DNA from: a virus
Taxonomy: Duplodnaviria > Caudoviricetes
IMG/VR virus record: IMGVR_UViG_3300047159_000040
Coordinates: 32,001-96,000 of that record
Direction: 5' to 3' (one strand)
DNA length: 64,000 nt
Part shown: positions 19,688 through 31,400 of the stretch, piece by piece
How the letters are laid out: each line of letters begins with the position of its first letter
Numbering within the stretch: position 1 is the stretch's first letter
Notes under the pieces: generated by a model
The model's database searches: none
Seen by the model: only the letters and a program-made list of their open reading frames with translations
What the model was told of the DNA's origin: nothing
Program-made: the position numbers and the translations under genes

Positions 19688-20521
19688 ATGGCTGATGCAA
19701 AAAAGATTATATTCGCCGACAGGAAAGACAACCCGCTCGACTCCGTGGTTGGAGCTACAAGCCCGTTCATGACCGGCGAAACGGATACCCTTACGCCTGT
19801 TCTTGACCCGATGGTCAACGGGTATTCGTTCATCTACTGGGTTGAACTGCCTTCGTGGTTCGAGAAAGATCCTGACCTCAAATACTTCAAGATCCTCTCT
19901 CAGAAGAACTTCAAAGCCTTCCAGAACATTGCGGATATCGATCTTCAGTCGACCCCGCATCAGACCGGATTCGCTGGCAATGAAGTCGATACGATCACCG
20001 GCATTCAGAGAAACAACACCGAATTCTCGATGCGCCATATCGAATACAGCGGCGGCGTCATGAGAAAGATGTATCAGAAGTGGATCTCTTATATCCGTGA
20101 TCCGCAGACGGGAATCGCGACTTATCCTAAGCTGTTCAACGTCGAATACGGCGCCCGCAACCATACCGGGCAGCTGCTCTACGTTCAGACCAGACCGGAT
20201 GCCACCAATACCTCAAGCGACATCATCGAATACGCAGCGTTCTATTCCAACGTCTTCCCGACCAACATCCCGCTGTCGGCTCTGTACAACTATGAGCTTG
20301 GCCAGCAAGAAAGCCCGGAGATCGATATCACCTTCAAAGGATTCCCGACCATTTCGCCTGAAGTCGAGACCTACGCCAAGAAAGTGATGAAAGAGAACGT
20401 CATCTACAACGGATCCAACAACGGCATCGCGTTCATCGATTCTCTCAACACCGATGACACCGCCAAGTCCGTCGCTACCGTCGGAACGCTCAAAGACATC
20501 TTCAATCCGTCTTCGAACTGA
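19688..20521 (+). CDS. Tail tube protein
   Basis: Directly follows the sheath gene. gp19-like WISYIRDPQTG and NVFPTNI motifs. Confidence 0.8.
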   Translation: MADAKKIIFADRKDNPLDSVVGATSPFMTGETDTLTPVLDPMVNGYSFIYWVELPSWFEKDPDLKYFKILSQKNFKAFQNIADIDLQSTPHQTGFAGNEVDTITGIQRNNTEFSMRHIEYSGGVMRKMYQKWISYIRDPQTGIATYPKLFNVEYGARNHTGQLLYVQTRPDATNTSSDIIEYAAFYSNVFPTNIPLSALYNYELGQQESPEIDITFKGFPTISPEVETYAKKVMKENVIYNGSNNGIAFIDSLNTDDTAKSVATVGTLKDIFNPSSN

Positions 20522-20543
20522 TCCGATCATCCAAAGACAAACG

Positions 20544-20575
20544 AAAGCCTGGGTCTCAACGACTCAGGCTTTTAT
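20544..20575. terminator. Bidirectional terminator
   Basis: AAAGCCTGGGTC-TCAAC-GACTCAGGCTTTT. Confidence 0.7.
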
Positions 20576-20593
20576 TTTATTTTCCCCGGAAAT

Positions 20594-23104
20594 CTACTGC
20601 TGCCCGTTTCCGAAAGACGGATCCATGCCGTTGGCCATGCCGATGGCGTTATCCTTGGCTTCCTTGGCCTTCTTGTCGATCTTGGACTTCGGGGTATCGT
20701 CCTCATTGATCTTCTTGACAAACTCGTCATACTTGTCCCAAGGAACAGCTTTGAGATTCTCCCTGGCGATTGCGCCAGTGAGCTTTCCGCGCTTCTCCTC
20801 GTATTCAAGATCGCCGTTTGCCACAGGAGGAAGCATGATGTCGGTTAGCTTGGTGGCATTGTCGAGAGCCGTGTTGATCATATCGGCAAGATTGCTTTGA
20901 TTGAGGGTGCTCGGGCTCGGGAACGAGATTTCTATCGTCATGGCCTTGTCGATGGCGGCTTGCTTGTCATCGCTGCTAGATCCGACGTTGCACTGCTCAT
21001 TGATGAAAAGCTTTCTCATCATGACAGTGAACGGCTCGGTCAATAGCTTCTGATAGAATATGACGCCGCGCACGAACTGCGAATTCTGAGCCGAAAGCGT
21101 TCTGGCGTAATCGACTTCGGCCAAGGCGTCGATCAGATTCTTAGGAACGTTCATGCCTGAAAGCATGGACCCTTTAAGATCATTGAGGAATTGGTCGTTC
21201 TCATCGGCGTTCATGCCCTGAAGGGAATCGATCTCAATCGGGCGGTCGCCGCCAGCGGTCATCGGGATGAAGTAATCATCGAATTGGCCGGGGCTGTTGC
21301 TGAGAATAGTGCTGATGTCGTTGATGTTCGACATCTTGTATTCTTTGCTCTTGATGTTCTGAATAACGGTTGAGATAGCTTGCTCATAGTCGGCGTCAGG
21401 CCCTGATGCGACATAGAAGATTCTCTTGTCGTGGCTGCGTCCGAGCTTGATGAGCAATGAGTTATTAAGGACGGCGAGATAGAGTTTGGCGAAGAACACG
21501 ATCTTTCTATAGATCGAAGGAACCTTGAAATGAATGACCTCGTCAGGCGAGAAGAAGACGACGCGAACGCCTTTCTTCATCATGTAGTCCTGCTTTAGCA
21601 AGGCATACATCATGTCTTTCAGATCCTTGTTGTGCTTGAGATACGGCTTAGACATCTTCTTTGAGATTCCATCGAGGAACAGCTTTGCGATCAGCTGCAT
21701 CTTCTGGTCGCTCACCTGAGCTTCCTGAGCGGCTGCGGTCGACGCGTTAGCCAATGGCTTATTGGCTCCGTTTAGCTGGTTCGACGAAAGATTCAATCCG
21801 CCTTGGCTTGGCTGATAAGTTGTGGCGGTTCCGAGATATCCGCTGTTGGCTGGGGCGGCATTAGACGTATCGCCGAGGAAATAGAAATAGCCATACGAGA
21901 CATCGTCGACTGAAAGATCGACGACTTTTTCGGCGTCAAGATGGCGGACGACCGATCCGAGGATTCCCAGCGACTCGGTTCCGGCGCCGTCTTTGGCGGC
22001 ATCGGTTGTCTTCTTATACACGAGATCGGGAATATCGGATTGCGCCTCGTGATCCTTCGTGTTGTCTTTCGAAAGATCCGCTTCGAATCTTTCGGTCAGG
22101 ATGGCGGCCGCAGGAAGCACTTTGAAATTATCGTTTATGCATTTGCTGATGGCGTCTCCGATCTTCTTGGAGTAAATCATGGCGGCGGCTTTTGATTCCG
22201 TCTTGCCATCGCTTCCGACTACCGAAGACTGCTCATCTTTGCTGAGCGTGACGAATTCCTCTTTGAGGATATTGCGCTCATCCGAGCTCATTGAGAGATA
22301 TTGCTCTTTGGTGATTATGTCGTTGGCGGTCATTCCGCCGAGCATGGAATAATTATTATTTTCCATTCCTTCCATGATGGAAGTCATGCTCTCAAGAAGG
22401 GCTTCTTTAGAAACCGTAAATGACTCATTGAGGGTCTTGGCTGACTTTCCGGCATAGATCGGATCAGAAATCATGCTGCTCATCTCGCGATCGAGCGAAA
22501 GAACGGCTTCGTAGTCATCGCCTAAGATAAGCGTTTTCTCTACGATGTCTCCGATCTTGTCCTCGATCTTGTATTTCTTGATGATCTGTTTGCACTGATC
22601 CTCGATTAGCTCCGACTCCTTCTCGGTTTTGTCGTTGCAGCTGACGGTGAAGATGGATTTGGTGTAGTCATCAGGGCTCATGATGTTGTCTTTGTAGATA
22701 TCGAGGGCAGTAGCGCATTCAGGGATGTGCTCGAAGATGGCTTCATAGTTTTGATAATTAAGGATTCTGGCCGTGTCGCTCTGCAAGATCGACGACGCCG
22801 CCGAAACGTTTTCGGAATTGAGCATCTTCTTGATTGAGTTGTTGGCATCGAAAATGGCTTTGGTGGCATCATCGTGGCGCATCGCAAGCCCGAGGGAAAC
22901 CTCGGTGAAGTGGTCGATTACGTCGGTTCCGGTATGGAGGCCGTACTTCTTTCTTGTGTCTTCGGCTGTCTTGCGGGCGATTAGCTCGATCGTGCTGTCA
23001 TCGTCGCTGAGACGGTTATCGGATCCGAATATTGCCTCGGATGACTTGTTGGACAGCCCTTTGATCGTGGCTATTCCGACGTTGTTGTTCTGCTCATTTG
23101 CCAT
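20594..23104 (-). CDS. Portal protein (T4 gp20-like)
   Basis: PECATALDIYKDNI, KRIFYV, DDYFIP..IEIDSLQG and GMNVP motifs of the gp20 family. Confidence 0.88.
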   Translation of the reverse strand: MANEQNNNVGIATIKGLSNKSSEAIFGSDNRLSDDDSTIELIARKTAEDTRKKYGLHTGTDVIDHFTEVSLGLAMRHDDATKAIFDANNSIKKMLNSENVSAASSILQSDTARILNYQNYEAIFEHIPECATALDIYKDNIMSPDDYTKSIFTVSCNDKTEKESELIEDQCKQIIKKYKIEDKIGDIVEKTLILGDDYEAVLSLDREMSSMISDPIYAGKSAKTLNESFTVSKEALLESMTSIMEGMENNNYSMLGGMTANDIITKEQYLSMSSDERNILKEEFVTLSKDEQSSVVGSDGKTESKAAAMIYSKKIGDAISKCINDNFKVLPAAAILTERFEADLSKDNTKDHEAQSDIPDLVYKKTTDAAKDGAGTESLGILGSVVRHLDAEKVVDLSVDDVSYGYFYFLGDTSNAAPANSGYLGTATTYQPSQGGLNLSSNQLNGANKPLANASTAAAQEAQVSDQKMQLIAKLFLDGISKKMSKPYLKHNKDLKDMMYALLKQDYMMKKGVRVVFFSPDEVIHFKVPSIYRKIVFFAKLYLAVLNNSLLIKLGRSHDKRIFYVASGPDADYEQAISTVIQNIKSKEYKMSNINDISTILSNSPGQFDDYFIPMTAGGDRPIEIDSLQGMNADENDQFLNDLKGSMLSGMNVPKNLIDALAEVDYARTLSAQNSQFVRGVIFYQKLLTEPFTVMMRKLFINEQCNVGSSSDDKQAAIDKAMTIEISFPSPSTLNQSNLADMINTALDNATKLTDIMLPPVANGDLEYEEKRGKLTGAIARENLKAVPWDKYDEFVKKINEDDTPKSKIDKKAKEAKDNAIGMANGMDPSFGNGQQ

Positions 23105-23127
23105 AGTGATGCCTCAATTTAATTCAC

Positions 23128-23961
23128 TTAATCGATTGTTCGGGACGATATTTTGCGTAAGGCGGATACAAGATGCGTGTAATTCGACATCGAAACCTTA
23201 GCCAGTATCTGACTGGAATACATATAGATATTTCCATTCGGAAACACCGTTGAGTTTGTGAAAGAAGACGTATCCATCGAAGAGTCTATCCTGTCGTAAT
23301 TTAGAATGGCTGACGCTCTGATGATCGCTCCGCTCATCTCGACGAGCGATCTTTCGTCGTTGATTCTCTCAAATGATTCGTAGAAATCGGGGAATCCGGC
23401 AGTCTCGGAATATTCGGTTCCGTGGATAACCCACCAGGATATCTTCTTCTCATCGTCGGTAAGGACATCGAATATCGAAGAGAATTCATCCTTGATGTTA
23501 TCAAGATCCTTATAGGAATCTCCGACTCCTTTTCCGTAGTATGCACTGACGACGTAATCCCTGGCGTGCTTTATGGCAACCGATGATCTGGCGCTAAGAA
23601 CGGTGAATCCCTCATTCGCCAGGATGAAGCAATAAAGCTCATCTCTGGCCTTATCCTCGTCTGAAACTCCGAAGAGGCTGAATGAGAGGCTATCGCTTAT
23701 GACATCGTCTATCGACAGATATTCGTTGAACAGCATATAGCACACGTATGTGCAAAGATCTTTATTGGATATCGAAGCCAGAGCAGCGTATTTAGCTGCG
23801 GTGCTTCTGGTCATTATCACCTGGAAAAAATATTTTATTTCCTCAGGAGAGATGGATCTGAGGATATAGTTTCTTAGATCGGTGTAATTGTATTGGTCTA
23901 TCGCAGATCCGGCAAGAAGCGCCTTGGCGTTGAAGCGGATGTTTCTTGATCCGATTGTCAT
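23128..23961 (-). CDS. Hypothetical protein
   Basis: 277 aa within the coupled late operon. Confidence 0.7.
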   Translation of the reverse strand: MTIGSRNIRFNAKALLAGSAIDQYNYTDLRNYILRSISPEEIKYFFQVIMTRSTAAKYAALASISNKDLCTYVCYMLFNEYLSIDDVISDSLSFSLFGVSDEDKARDELYCFILANEGFTVLSARSSVAIKHARDYVVSAYYGKGVGDSYKDLDNIKDEFSSIFDVLTDDEKKISWWVIHGTEYSETAGFPDFYESFERINDERSLVEMSGAIIRASAILNYDRIDSSMDTSSFTNSTVFPNGNIYMYSSQILAKVSMSNYTHLVSALRKISSRTID

Positions 23962-26558
23962 ATTTTCTTGATCCCCCTTCCTCCGCCTCCGAATTTGGCC
24001 CGTCCGTTCCTTGCTGAACTGAATGCGTCATCATGGTATGTCTTAGGTTCTTCATACGTCGCTGGAAGATGAGGAACCCTCGTCACGGTAGTGGATCCTA
24101 ATCCATAATGCCATGAGAAATAGCTTTCGGTATATGACGAAACGCGCCTTGATTCGATCAAAGACCTTCTTAGGAATTCAAGCATGGCCATCAATCTGAA
24201 TCCATCATGCCCGAAGCATGGCTTGAATGTTATGGCATCGCTTTCTAGGTTTCCGGAGCATCCGTAATACATATCCTCGGACGTCATGCTGCCGAACATG
24301 AACAGAAGATATTGCTCGAACATATCGCAATACATCAATCTCTTGATCTTATCTGAGAATGATCTTATTCCTGACACATCGATGAGCTTATCGTGAACCG
24401 AATTGATGAGAAGACGGGCATATGCCCTTCGCTCAGTGTCAGTGTCAAGATCAAATTTGTTGTATGTGTCTAATCCGGCATTGGATATCATCGTCTGAAT
24501 CGTGGTGCAGAAAGCATCGAATCCGCTCAGGAACTCATTGCTCAGCTTAGATATCGCGTAATTTCTTGTCCCGGAATACTCGACTCCGAACTTGAGGGCG
24601 GTCCCCATCAGATCTTTATAGTCTGACGAATCCGATCTCATGATGATATCTGGAGAGATTCTGCCGTAATCTGAGCTCAGATTGTCTCCGAACGCCGAAT
24701 ATATCTTGTCGTTTACGAGCGATATGGCTACTGCGGCTGCCGATTTAACTATGTTTCCGGCGATCGATATCGTAGAGAATATCGTTGGGATGTACTCACG
24801 AGAGTCGTACGTATTTACGTACGCGCCCAAAGTGCTGGTTACAGATGACTTCATGGCCGATGAGCTGCAGGCCGTGGATGCGACATAATGCCTGAAGAAG
24901 CTTACCGTGGATCCGCTGACGCTCACCGACAATCCAGATTCCGGATGGATATAGGATCCATTCGAATAAAACGCGTAATCCCCCATGATGAGAGGACGGA
25001 CGCTGATTTTCGTTCCGGTGCTTGTCGAAGCGTGATATCCGGCAGATACGGATGCCGATGCCCAGTAAGTCTCATAGCCTCCGTTGGCATATCCCGAAGG
25101 AAGGATCATCGTCGACAGATACCTATCGGCATAGGCCGGAGTTCCGACTTCGCATCCATTCAGATCGTCGGAATCCGAAGATCTCAGCGACGATGATATC
25201 ACAGGATGGAACACTTCTTTTATCGCAGTCTGGAAATTCCATTCCATCAAGGCTCCGAGATGATCTTTGCTCGTTACGATGCTGGCGTTTTTGGCTGGGT
25301 ATACCTTGGTCTCGTCATAGAACGACATGAATGTGGTAGGAAACAGATTGCTCGATGAAAGGCTATCGGTTCCAAGAGCCGATCCGCTATGCTCATAAAG
25401 AGATCTGACATAAGCCGCTGACTTGTAATAGTCGAGTATCGCGGTTGAGTTGCTGTCGAACAATTCAGAGCTGCGGCTTCCGGATCCGTCTATGTTCGCC
25501 GTTTCGAAAGCGTATGCGCTGACGACTCGGTTCATGGCCATCTTGTAGAATTCTTTGACGTTGAGCGAATATCTTGGGCCAACCGATACCGACGCCCCGT
25601 AATTGATGCAAGTGTTGTAGTAATTATCGTAATCTCCGGAATATATCGTATCGTATAAGCTTGCCAGATATCCGATGGATACCGACGCCCTTACCGTGCC
25701 GTCGTCATATGACGAAGACTGCCCGAGGTATATCCCTTCGACGACATCGATTATGCTTCTGGTGGAAGCGGACAGATACCCTCTCATCACCGAAAATAGA
25801 GCGATATGGCCATCCCTGGCGTATTCAGTGCTGACGGAAATATTATATTTTTCCGGGATTAGAGAACCGAGGCGATATGCCGGTATCTTCGGTTTCACAT
25901 GCGAGCTTGTCCATTGATTAGGCGTATGAGGAAGAAGGCCGTTAATGATGATCTGGTCGCTCATCGTATGGCTTGAGTATGCACTATAGAACACTTTATC
26001 TTGGCTTACTTTGGCAAGCTCTTTCTCGGCGGTTAGAGAATGATCGGAGTCGTAATCCGGAGAATTGGAAAGGAATACGCTGGAAGACAATCCGTTTGAT
26101 GATCTGGCGAAGTTGCTGATTATGTCAGGCCTGTCGCTGTTGCTTCTCAGTTTCTCAAGGATGAGATTGATTCTTCCAGACACCGTATTATCGCTTAGGA
26201 AATCGGAGACATCGGATGCCGTCATATCCCCTGAGTAGATAAGATAAGCCAGCGCCAGAACGGCATATCCGTTTATCGATGCGAAAACCGACTCGTTGTT
26301 GAGGGCTTCTTCTCCGAGTCCGAAAGTATCCGATATCTTTGCTCTGATGTCGGAATAGCTATAATGCGGAATGGTGTATCCCATCTTGGCGAAAAAGTTT
26401 CCGTTGGCCGTTCCGACCGAAGCTGCCTCGGCATCGGATGCCTTGGAATAGCTCGAGTTCAAAAGACCCGATCTGAGATACTCCGCTGTTATCAGAGTCT
26501 CGTTTCCGGATTCGTCCTTAAGATAGTATGCCATTGTCGCCTTCCTTGAACCTGTCAT
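23958..26558 (-). CDS. Large Ser/Tyr-rich hypothetical, probably a virion protein
   Basis: 866 aa. The true start may be MAYYL at about 26534 (AAGGAAGG RBS). Confidence 0.7.
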   Translation of the reverse strand: MTGSRKATMAYYLKDESGNETLITAEYLRSGLLNSSYSKASDAEAASVGTANGNFFAKMGYTIPHYSYSDIRAKISDTFGLGEEALNNESVFASINGYAVLALAYLIYSGDMTASDVSDFLSDNTVSGRINLILEKLRSNSDRPDIISNFARSSNGLSSSVFLSNSPDYDSDHSLTAEKELAKVSQDKVFYSAYSSHTMSDQIIINGLLPHTPNQWTSSHVKPKIPAYRLGSLIPEKYNISVSTEYARDGHIALFSVMRGYLSASTRSIIDVVEGIYLGQSSSYDDGTVRASVSIGYLASLYDTIYSGDYDNYYNTCINYGASVSVGPRYSLNVKEFYKMAMNRVVSAYAFETANIDGSGSRSSELFDSNSTAILDYYKSAAYVRSLYEHSGSALGTDSLSSSNLFPTTFMSFYDETKVYPAKNASIVTSKDHLGALMEWNFQTAIKEVFHPVISSSLRSSDSDDLNGCEVGTPAYADRYLSTMILPSGYANGGYETYWASASVSAGYHASTSTGTKISVRPLIMGDYAFYSNGSYIHPESGLSVSVSGSTVSFFRHYVASTACSSSAMKSSVTSTLGAYVNTYDSREYIPTIFSTISIAGNIVKSAAAVAISLVNDKIYSAFGDNLSSDYGRISPDIIMRSDSSDYKDLMGTALKFGVEYSGTRNYAISKLSNEFLSGFDAFCTTIQTMISNAGLDTYNKFDLDTDTERRAYARLLINSVHDKLIDVSGIRSFSDKIKRLMYCDMFEQYLLFMFGSMTSEDMYYGCSGNLESDAITFKPCFGHDGFRLMAMLEFLRRSLIESRRVSSYTESYFSWHYGLGSTTVTRVPHLPATYEEPKTYHDDAFSSARNGRAKFGGGGRGIKKI

Positions 26559-27798
26559 CTTTTAGGATGAAGGCTCTTGCCTTGATGAGATAGTCTTTTA
26601 TCGTGTCAAGAGATCCTTCGGCTAATACGCTGAGCTCTTTTGATGGAACCGGCAGATTATTGACGAAATAGTCGATCAGCAACGCTGATTTTATCTTTGC
26701 GATGTCGTCTATTCCATCGATATTGCTTGACGATGTCGCGTTGGCGGTATCAAACGACAACGCCGTGAAAGGAGAATACGATTTGATGAAATCCTGGAAA
26801 GGTATCATCGCTGAGTCATCGTAGTAATAGTCTTTTCCATCGCTCGACTCGGATAGCATGAGCTTGTCGATATACCTGACGAAATCAAGCATGAATGAAT
26901 CGATGTAGCCATCAACCATTTCTGGAGAAAGCATTCTGTATCTTCCTCCGATGACGCTTACGGCTATCGAGTCAAGATGACCGTCATTGGCTAATCCGTT
27001 CTTGAATCCTGGTTCGTACAAGAACAGCGGATGATATTCAGATCCGTCATCGATTCGTTTGCATGACAGATCGCATATCTTCTTCATCCTTTCGGAGAAT
27101 TCGTTGGTCATTCCGGAAAGCGACGATGCAGATAGCTCGGAATAGGATGACATGTCCTGATAATATGTTGTTTCGGCGTCTCTCACGCTTCTGAAGCACT
27201 CGCCGGATCCTACCGCCAAAGGGCAGATGTCAGGATACACCAAATAGTTCTTCTCATACACGGAAGTGAATCCGCATGGGAACGAATTGAAGTATCCGTC
27301 TATGAAAGGCCTTAGGCTTCTAAGCGTCCCGTTTATCGAAACGTTGAATTGGGTGAGCTTCCTCTTAATGCGGCTTTCTTTGTCTTTGACTATGGCGTCA
27401 TATCCCATTCCGTCGAGCATGACCAGAAGATCATATGACGGAGTCGACGCGCCGATATCGACTAATTTCATGATGTCGTAGAAGCTTAGATCGCCGTCGG
27501 ATATTCCATAGAATATGTCATACACGGCAGCCTCATATGACGAATCGATTACCGATGCGTCGAACAACGCGATCATATCATCGGCATATCCAAGAAGATC
27601 GTCTCTATGAGATGTCTCATCGCTTGTCACGTCGTCGACGGTCTCTTTAGACACTAGAGAATCGGCGTATTTCTGATTGATGTCGGCTATGGCGTTCGAA
27701 GCCCTGGCATTGACGAATGCCTTATAGCCTCTGTATTCCGAAGCGAGGATCTTATAGCCGTTCTTGTTTATGTATGACTTGACTGGCATGGTTATCAA
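26518..27798 (-). CDS. Hypothetical protein
   Basis: 426-aa ORF in an overlapping gene chain. Confidence 0.7.
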   Translation of the reverse strand: MITMPVKSYINKNGYKILASEYRGYKAFVNARASNAIADINQKYADSLVSKETVDDVTSDETSHRDDLLGYADDMIALFDASVIDSSYEAAVYDIFYGISDGDLSFYDIMKLVDIGASTPSYDLLVMLDGMGYDAIVKDKESRIKRKLTQFNVSINGTLRSLRPFIDGYFNSFPCGFTSVYEKNYLVYPDICPLAVGSGECFRSVRDAETTYYQDMSSYSELSASSLSGMTNEFSERMKKICDLSCKRIDDGSEYHPLFLYEPGFKNGLANDGHLDSIAVSVIGGRYRMLSPEMVDGYIDSFMLDFVRYIDKLMLSESSDGKDYYYDDSAMIPFQDFIKSYSPFTALSFDTANATSSSNIDGIDDIAKIKSALLIDYFVNNLPVPSKELSVLAEGSLDTIKDYLIKARAFILKDDRFKEGDNGILS

Positions 27799-28409
27799 TC
27801 CTTCGGAAGCCTGAGATACTCCGCCAGGGATTTTATTTTTTTAATCCCCTCGACGGACAGGTCGTTCCTGTTCATGAAATCTATGTCGACCTGATTGAGG
27901 ACGATATGATCGTAATCCACCGGTATGACGTAATCGTTTATCGACATCAGCCAGTGAGACGCGTCTCCGGCCGATATGGCTCCGCTTAGAAGATCTGAAT
28001 ATAGCTTCTTTCGGCAGGCATCGGTTATCGGGTCTCCGGTAGAGCTCTGGGACACGAGCGAGAAAAGGATGTTATTGATTTCCTCAGTCTTCTCATCCAT
28101 ATACCCAGAATCGCCTTTCACGATTCCGTACTTCTGGATATCAGTCGCCGCCCTGAATTCGGCAAGCCTGGACATCTCGGTATAAAGCTCATTCTGGGTC
28201 TCGATGGACTCAGCTATAGCTTTGCCTATCGCGCTATCGGAGAACACTGGCTCGAAATCGGATATCTTCAGATCTCCTTCAAGAATGAGCTCCATGATCT
28301 TAGAGAACACGGAATCGTCGAGATAGTCGCACAGCATGTTTAGGGTGTCGTAGTCTTTCTCGCATATCCTCATCGAGTCTATGCCATCAATGATTCCTTG
28401 CTTTGTCAT
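27795..28409 (-). CDS. Hypothetical protein
   Basis: 204 aa with 4-nt overlaps on both sides. Confidence 0.7.
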   Translation of the reverse strand: MTKQGIIDGIDSMRICEKDYDTLNMLCDYLDDSVFSKIMELILEGDLKISDFEPVFSDSAIGKAIAESIETQNELYTEMSRLAEFRAATDIQKYGIVKGDSGYMDEKTEEINNILFSLVSQSSTGDPITDACRKKLYSDLLSGAISAGDASHWLMSINDYVIPVDYDHIVLNQVDIDFMNRNDLSVEGIKKIKSLAEYLRLPKD

Positions 28410-31400
28410 GCTACCAGGTCCTTGAATGATCCGGACAATGCCGAATTGCTTCCATTAACGATGTCATTGATGATGATATTTCCGTCAGTGTCGAATGAGT
28501 AAAAGAATTTCCAGACGTTTAAATACGTCGAAAGAACGTCTTTTATGGTTGAAGCATAAGACGATGAGCTGACTATGGCTTCCGTGATCTCAGATGAGCT
28601 TGTGTATTCTGAGGCGTCCGTTATCCCATATAACGAAAAGATGGCGTTGTATGCCGGGCTGTATTTAGACCCCGTCTCGTACGCGGCCATGGCGAACTTC
28701 TTAAGCGATTCAGACAATCCGGCCATGAATAAAATCGATCTGGGCGACATGCTGGTGCTTGATGCCGCTTTCATAGACGACACGATCTTGGGAATCATAT
28801 CGTTGACGTCATCTGGGCTTATGGCTGATATATAGCTATCCCACACCTCTTCCATCTTGTCGGTTACCTCGTCGTAATAATCAGACGCTGAATCTGATGT
28901 TATGAGAGTGGATAGCGTCTTCTCGAGATCGACGGAATTTAAGCTTATAGATCCTGGGATAGAAGATACCAACGCATATGGAAGCTTTGATTGATTGATG
29001 TTTCTGGAAACGAGAAGGCCATGATCTTTAAGAAGAGATCTCTCATCCTCCATGATCTTGATGCATCTCCCGCTTACGAGTTTGTTAGACAAGCCTTTGT
29101 TTTCAATGAGATCCTTTACGATATAAGACCCGATCGATTTAATGGAGTCCTTCATAACGGAGAATTCATCATCGCCTCTATCTGGGATGTGGTGAAGGAT
29201 GGCATAAGCCATAAACGCCATGTATGCGTCAAGCTTGGTCCCGTCTGTGAATTCGATGAATGCCTTAGTCCAAGATTCATAGTCTTCATCCGAATCAAAA
29301 GACATTTTATAGATCTTGGTTCCGCTGTATTCGATCGACTTCAGATCAGACGTGCTTCCGGTAAGGGCTTCTACTAACGTAGACCCGCTTGTGTATGACT
29401 TAGTCATGTACTTGCTTTGATCCGGGCATAAAAGCATGCCGTCTCTGCTGATGATATCGCTGACATCCATTATCTGAGAGCAGATGCTCACGATTGCTGA
29501 ATCGGCGAGTCCTTCGGCTTTATTGACGGAAGCTTTGGCTGATTCGATGTCTGAGTTAGATGAGATGTCTTCTACGCTCATGTCGTCAACGCTTGTGATG
29601 TTTCCGATATATCCCTGAGCGGTCGAGATCTCGTTTGATATGTCTTCTACCAGCGAATCATCGTACCCTGAGTCATTGGTCGATAGCGACGAATTGGCAT
29701 TTACGAATGTCGAAAGAACCCCGCTTATGCCGGAGATGGAAGACATGATGCTTGATTTTTTGCTTCCGGATATGATCGACATGTCGGTTAAGGCTGACAT
29801 AACGACTTGCTTTGAGCTCTCATAATTAGCCGAATTGAGATAGAAAGCAGCCGAAGTCCAGTCTTTTATTCCGATGATCTTAGACAAATCCGATACATAA
29901 GCAGCATCGGCGTCTTCATCGGCAAGGCTATCGCCAGACGCTCTAGACGATATCGATGTGCTTCCGACATTAGCGGGAGACTGGCTCATGGCGGCTGGAA
30001 CGAGATCGTCGTCCATATGCGCTTGATTAGAAGTAACCTCTGGATCGGCGATGATGTCGTATATCGGAGATCCGTTGTTGTACTTGACTCTGAGATAGAC
30101 CTCCTCATTGACGGAAGACGACCCCGAATCGGTGGCGTCTTTCACAGTGAGAGATCCGTGATAAATCGTATATCCGTAAACTTGGTTTCCTGTTTCCGGA
30201 TCCGCCAGAGGAGACACTCCGGACTCTGAGCTGACCTTGCCAAGAGTTCCGGTGCACGTGAATGCCGTAGTCGATCCATGCTTTATGACGCGGTTAACGC
30301 TGATGCTATCAGACAGCGCCTGAGGCTTGTTCTGATCGAATGAAGCGAAATCCATTGTAAGAGTGTCGTAGTAATCGAAAGGAGACGACTTGTTGGTCGC
30401 TGTCTCGATATGGTACTTCCCTGAGAATCTGACGGCGTTTGATTTGTCCCTGATGATGTACATGCTTCCATCATCTTTGGTGGCCCATCTTGAATCGCTT
30501 CCGAAAAACCAATGCGGATTGAAATAAAGCTCTGATGTTATCTTTCCGCCTTCCTCGGTCGGAGCCGGATCTTCGAATGTCGCCGTATACAGAGCTTTGC
30601 TCCAGAAGATGAGAACCGGCTGGCTTGTCTCCACGAACTTGACGTTGTTGATATGAAGAAGGCATGAGCTGACGTATATGCTTTTGAGATCGCTTTCGGT
30701 GATGTTTGACAGATCTGTTATCTCATTGGCGGTATGAAGGGTTATCAGCATATCGGCGGTCTGCCCGACGAGAGACGACGTGCTTACCTTTGACGGGAGA
30801 AGGAAAATATTTTTAATTTCCCCGGATATGATGTTCTTTCTCGTCACGGTAACATTTCCAGATGAATCGTGGGATATGGAAGGAACCACTTCGCCATTAT
30901 TCCTTGCAGAATTAACGTAATTCTCTAGAATCGCTCTGATATTCTCAATGACGTCGAATGCGTCGGTCCTGTATTTTGAAACGATGCTCGAAGACTCTCC
31001 GTTCTTAACGGAGTCGCCATACAGGGCGATATCGTCATATAGTTTTTTCAAAAGAGACGATATCGACGATGAGCTATCTGAAGACACGCTGGAATATGCG
31101 GAGATGTCTCTGCTTAGATTGGTGAATCCATTATCGGCCATGGCAAGATAGTATTCAGCCATCTCAGCAAGGCCAAGATTCTCGGCAAGGACGAATCTTC
31201 TCTTGTGAAGATTTGCCAAAGCGGTTTGAAGGGATTTCCATTTGTCAACGACATCTTCAAATTTTGTCTTCAGCGAGCTAACGTCTTCAGACGCTGACGT
31301 GTCAGATGCTTCTGAATTAAACGAGTTCTGCAGGGATTTCAGCTGAGATAGTATGGAATCTGACGAAACGGCCATCTCGCTTGTGGAATCAGTCGATGAC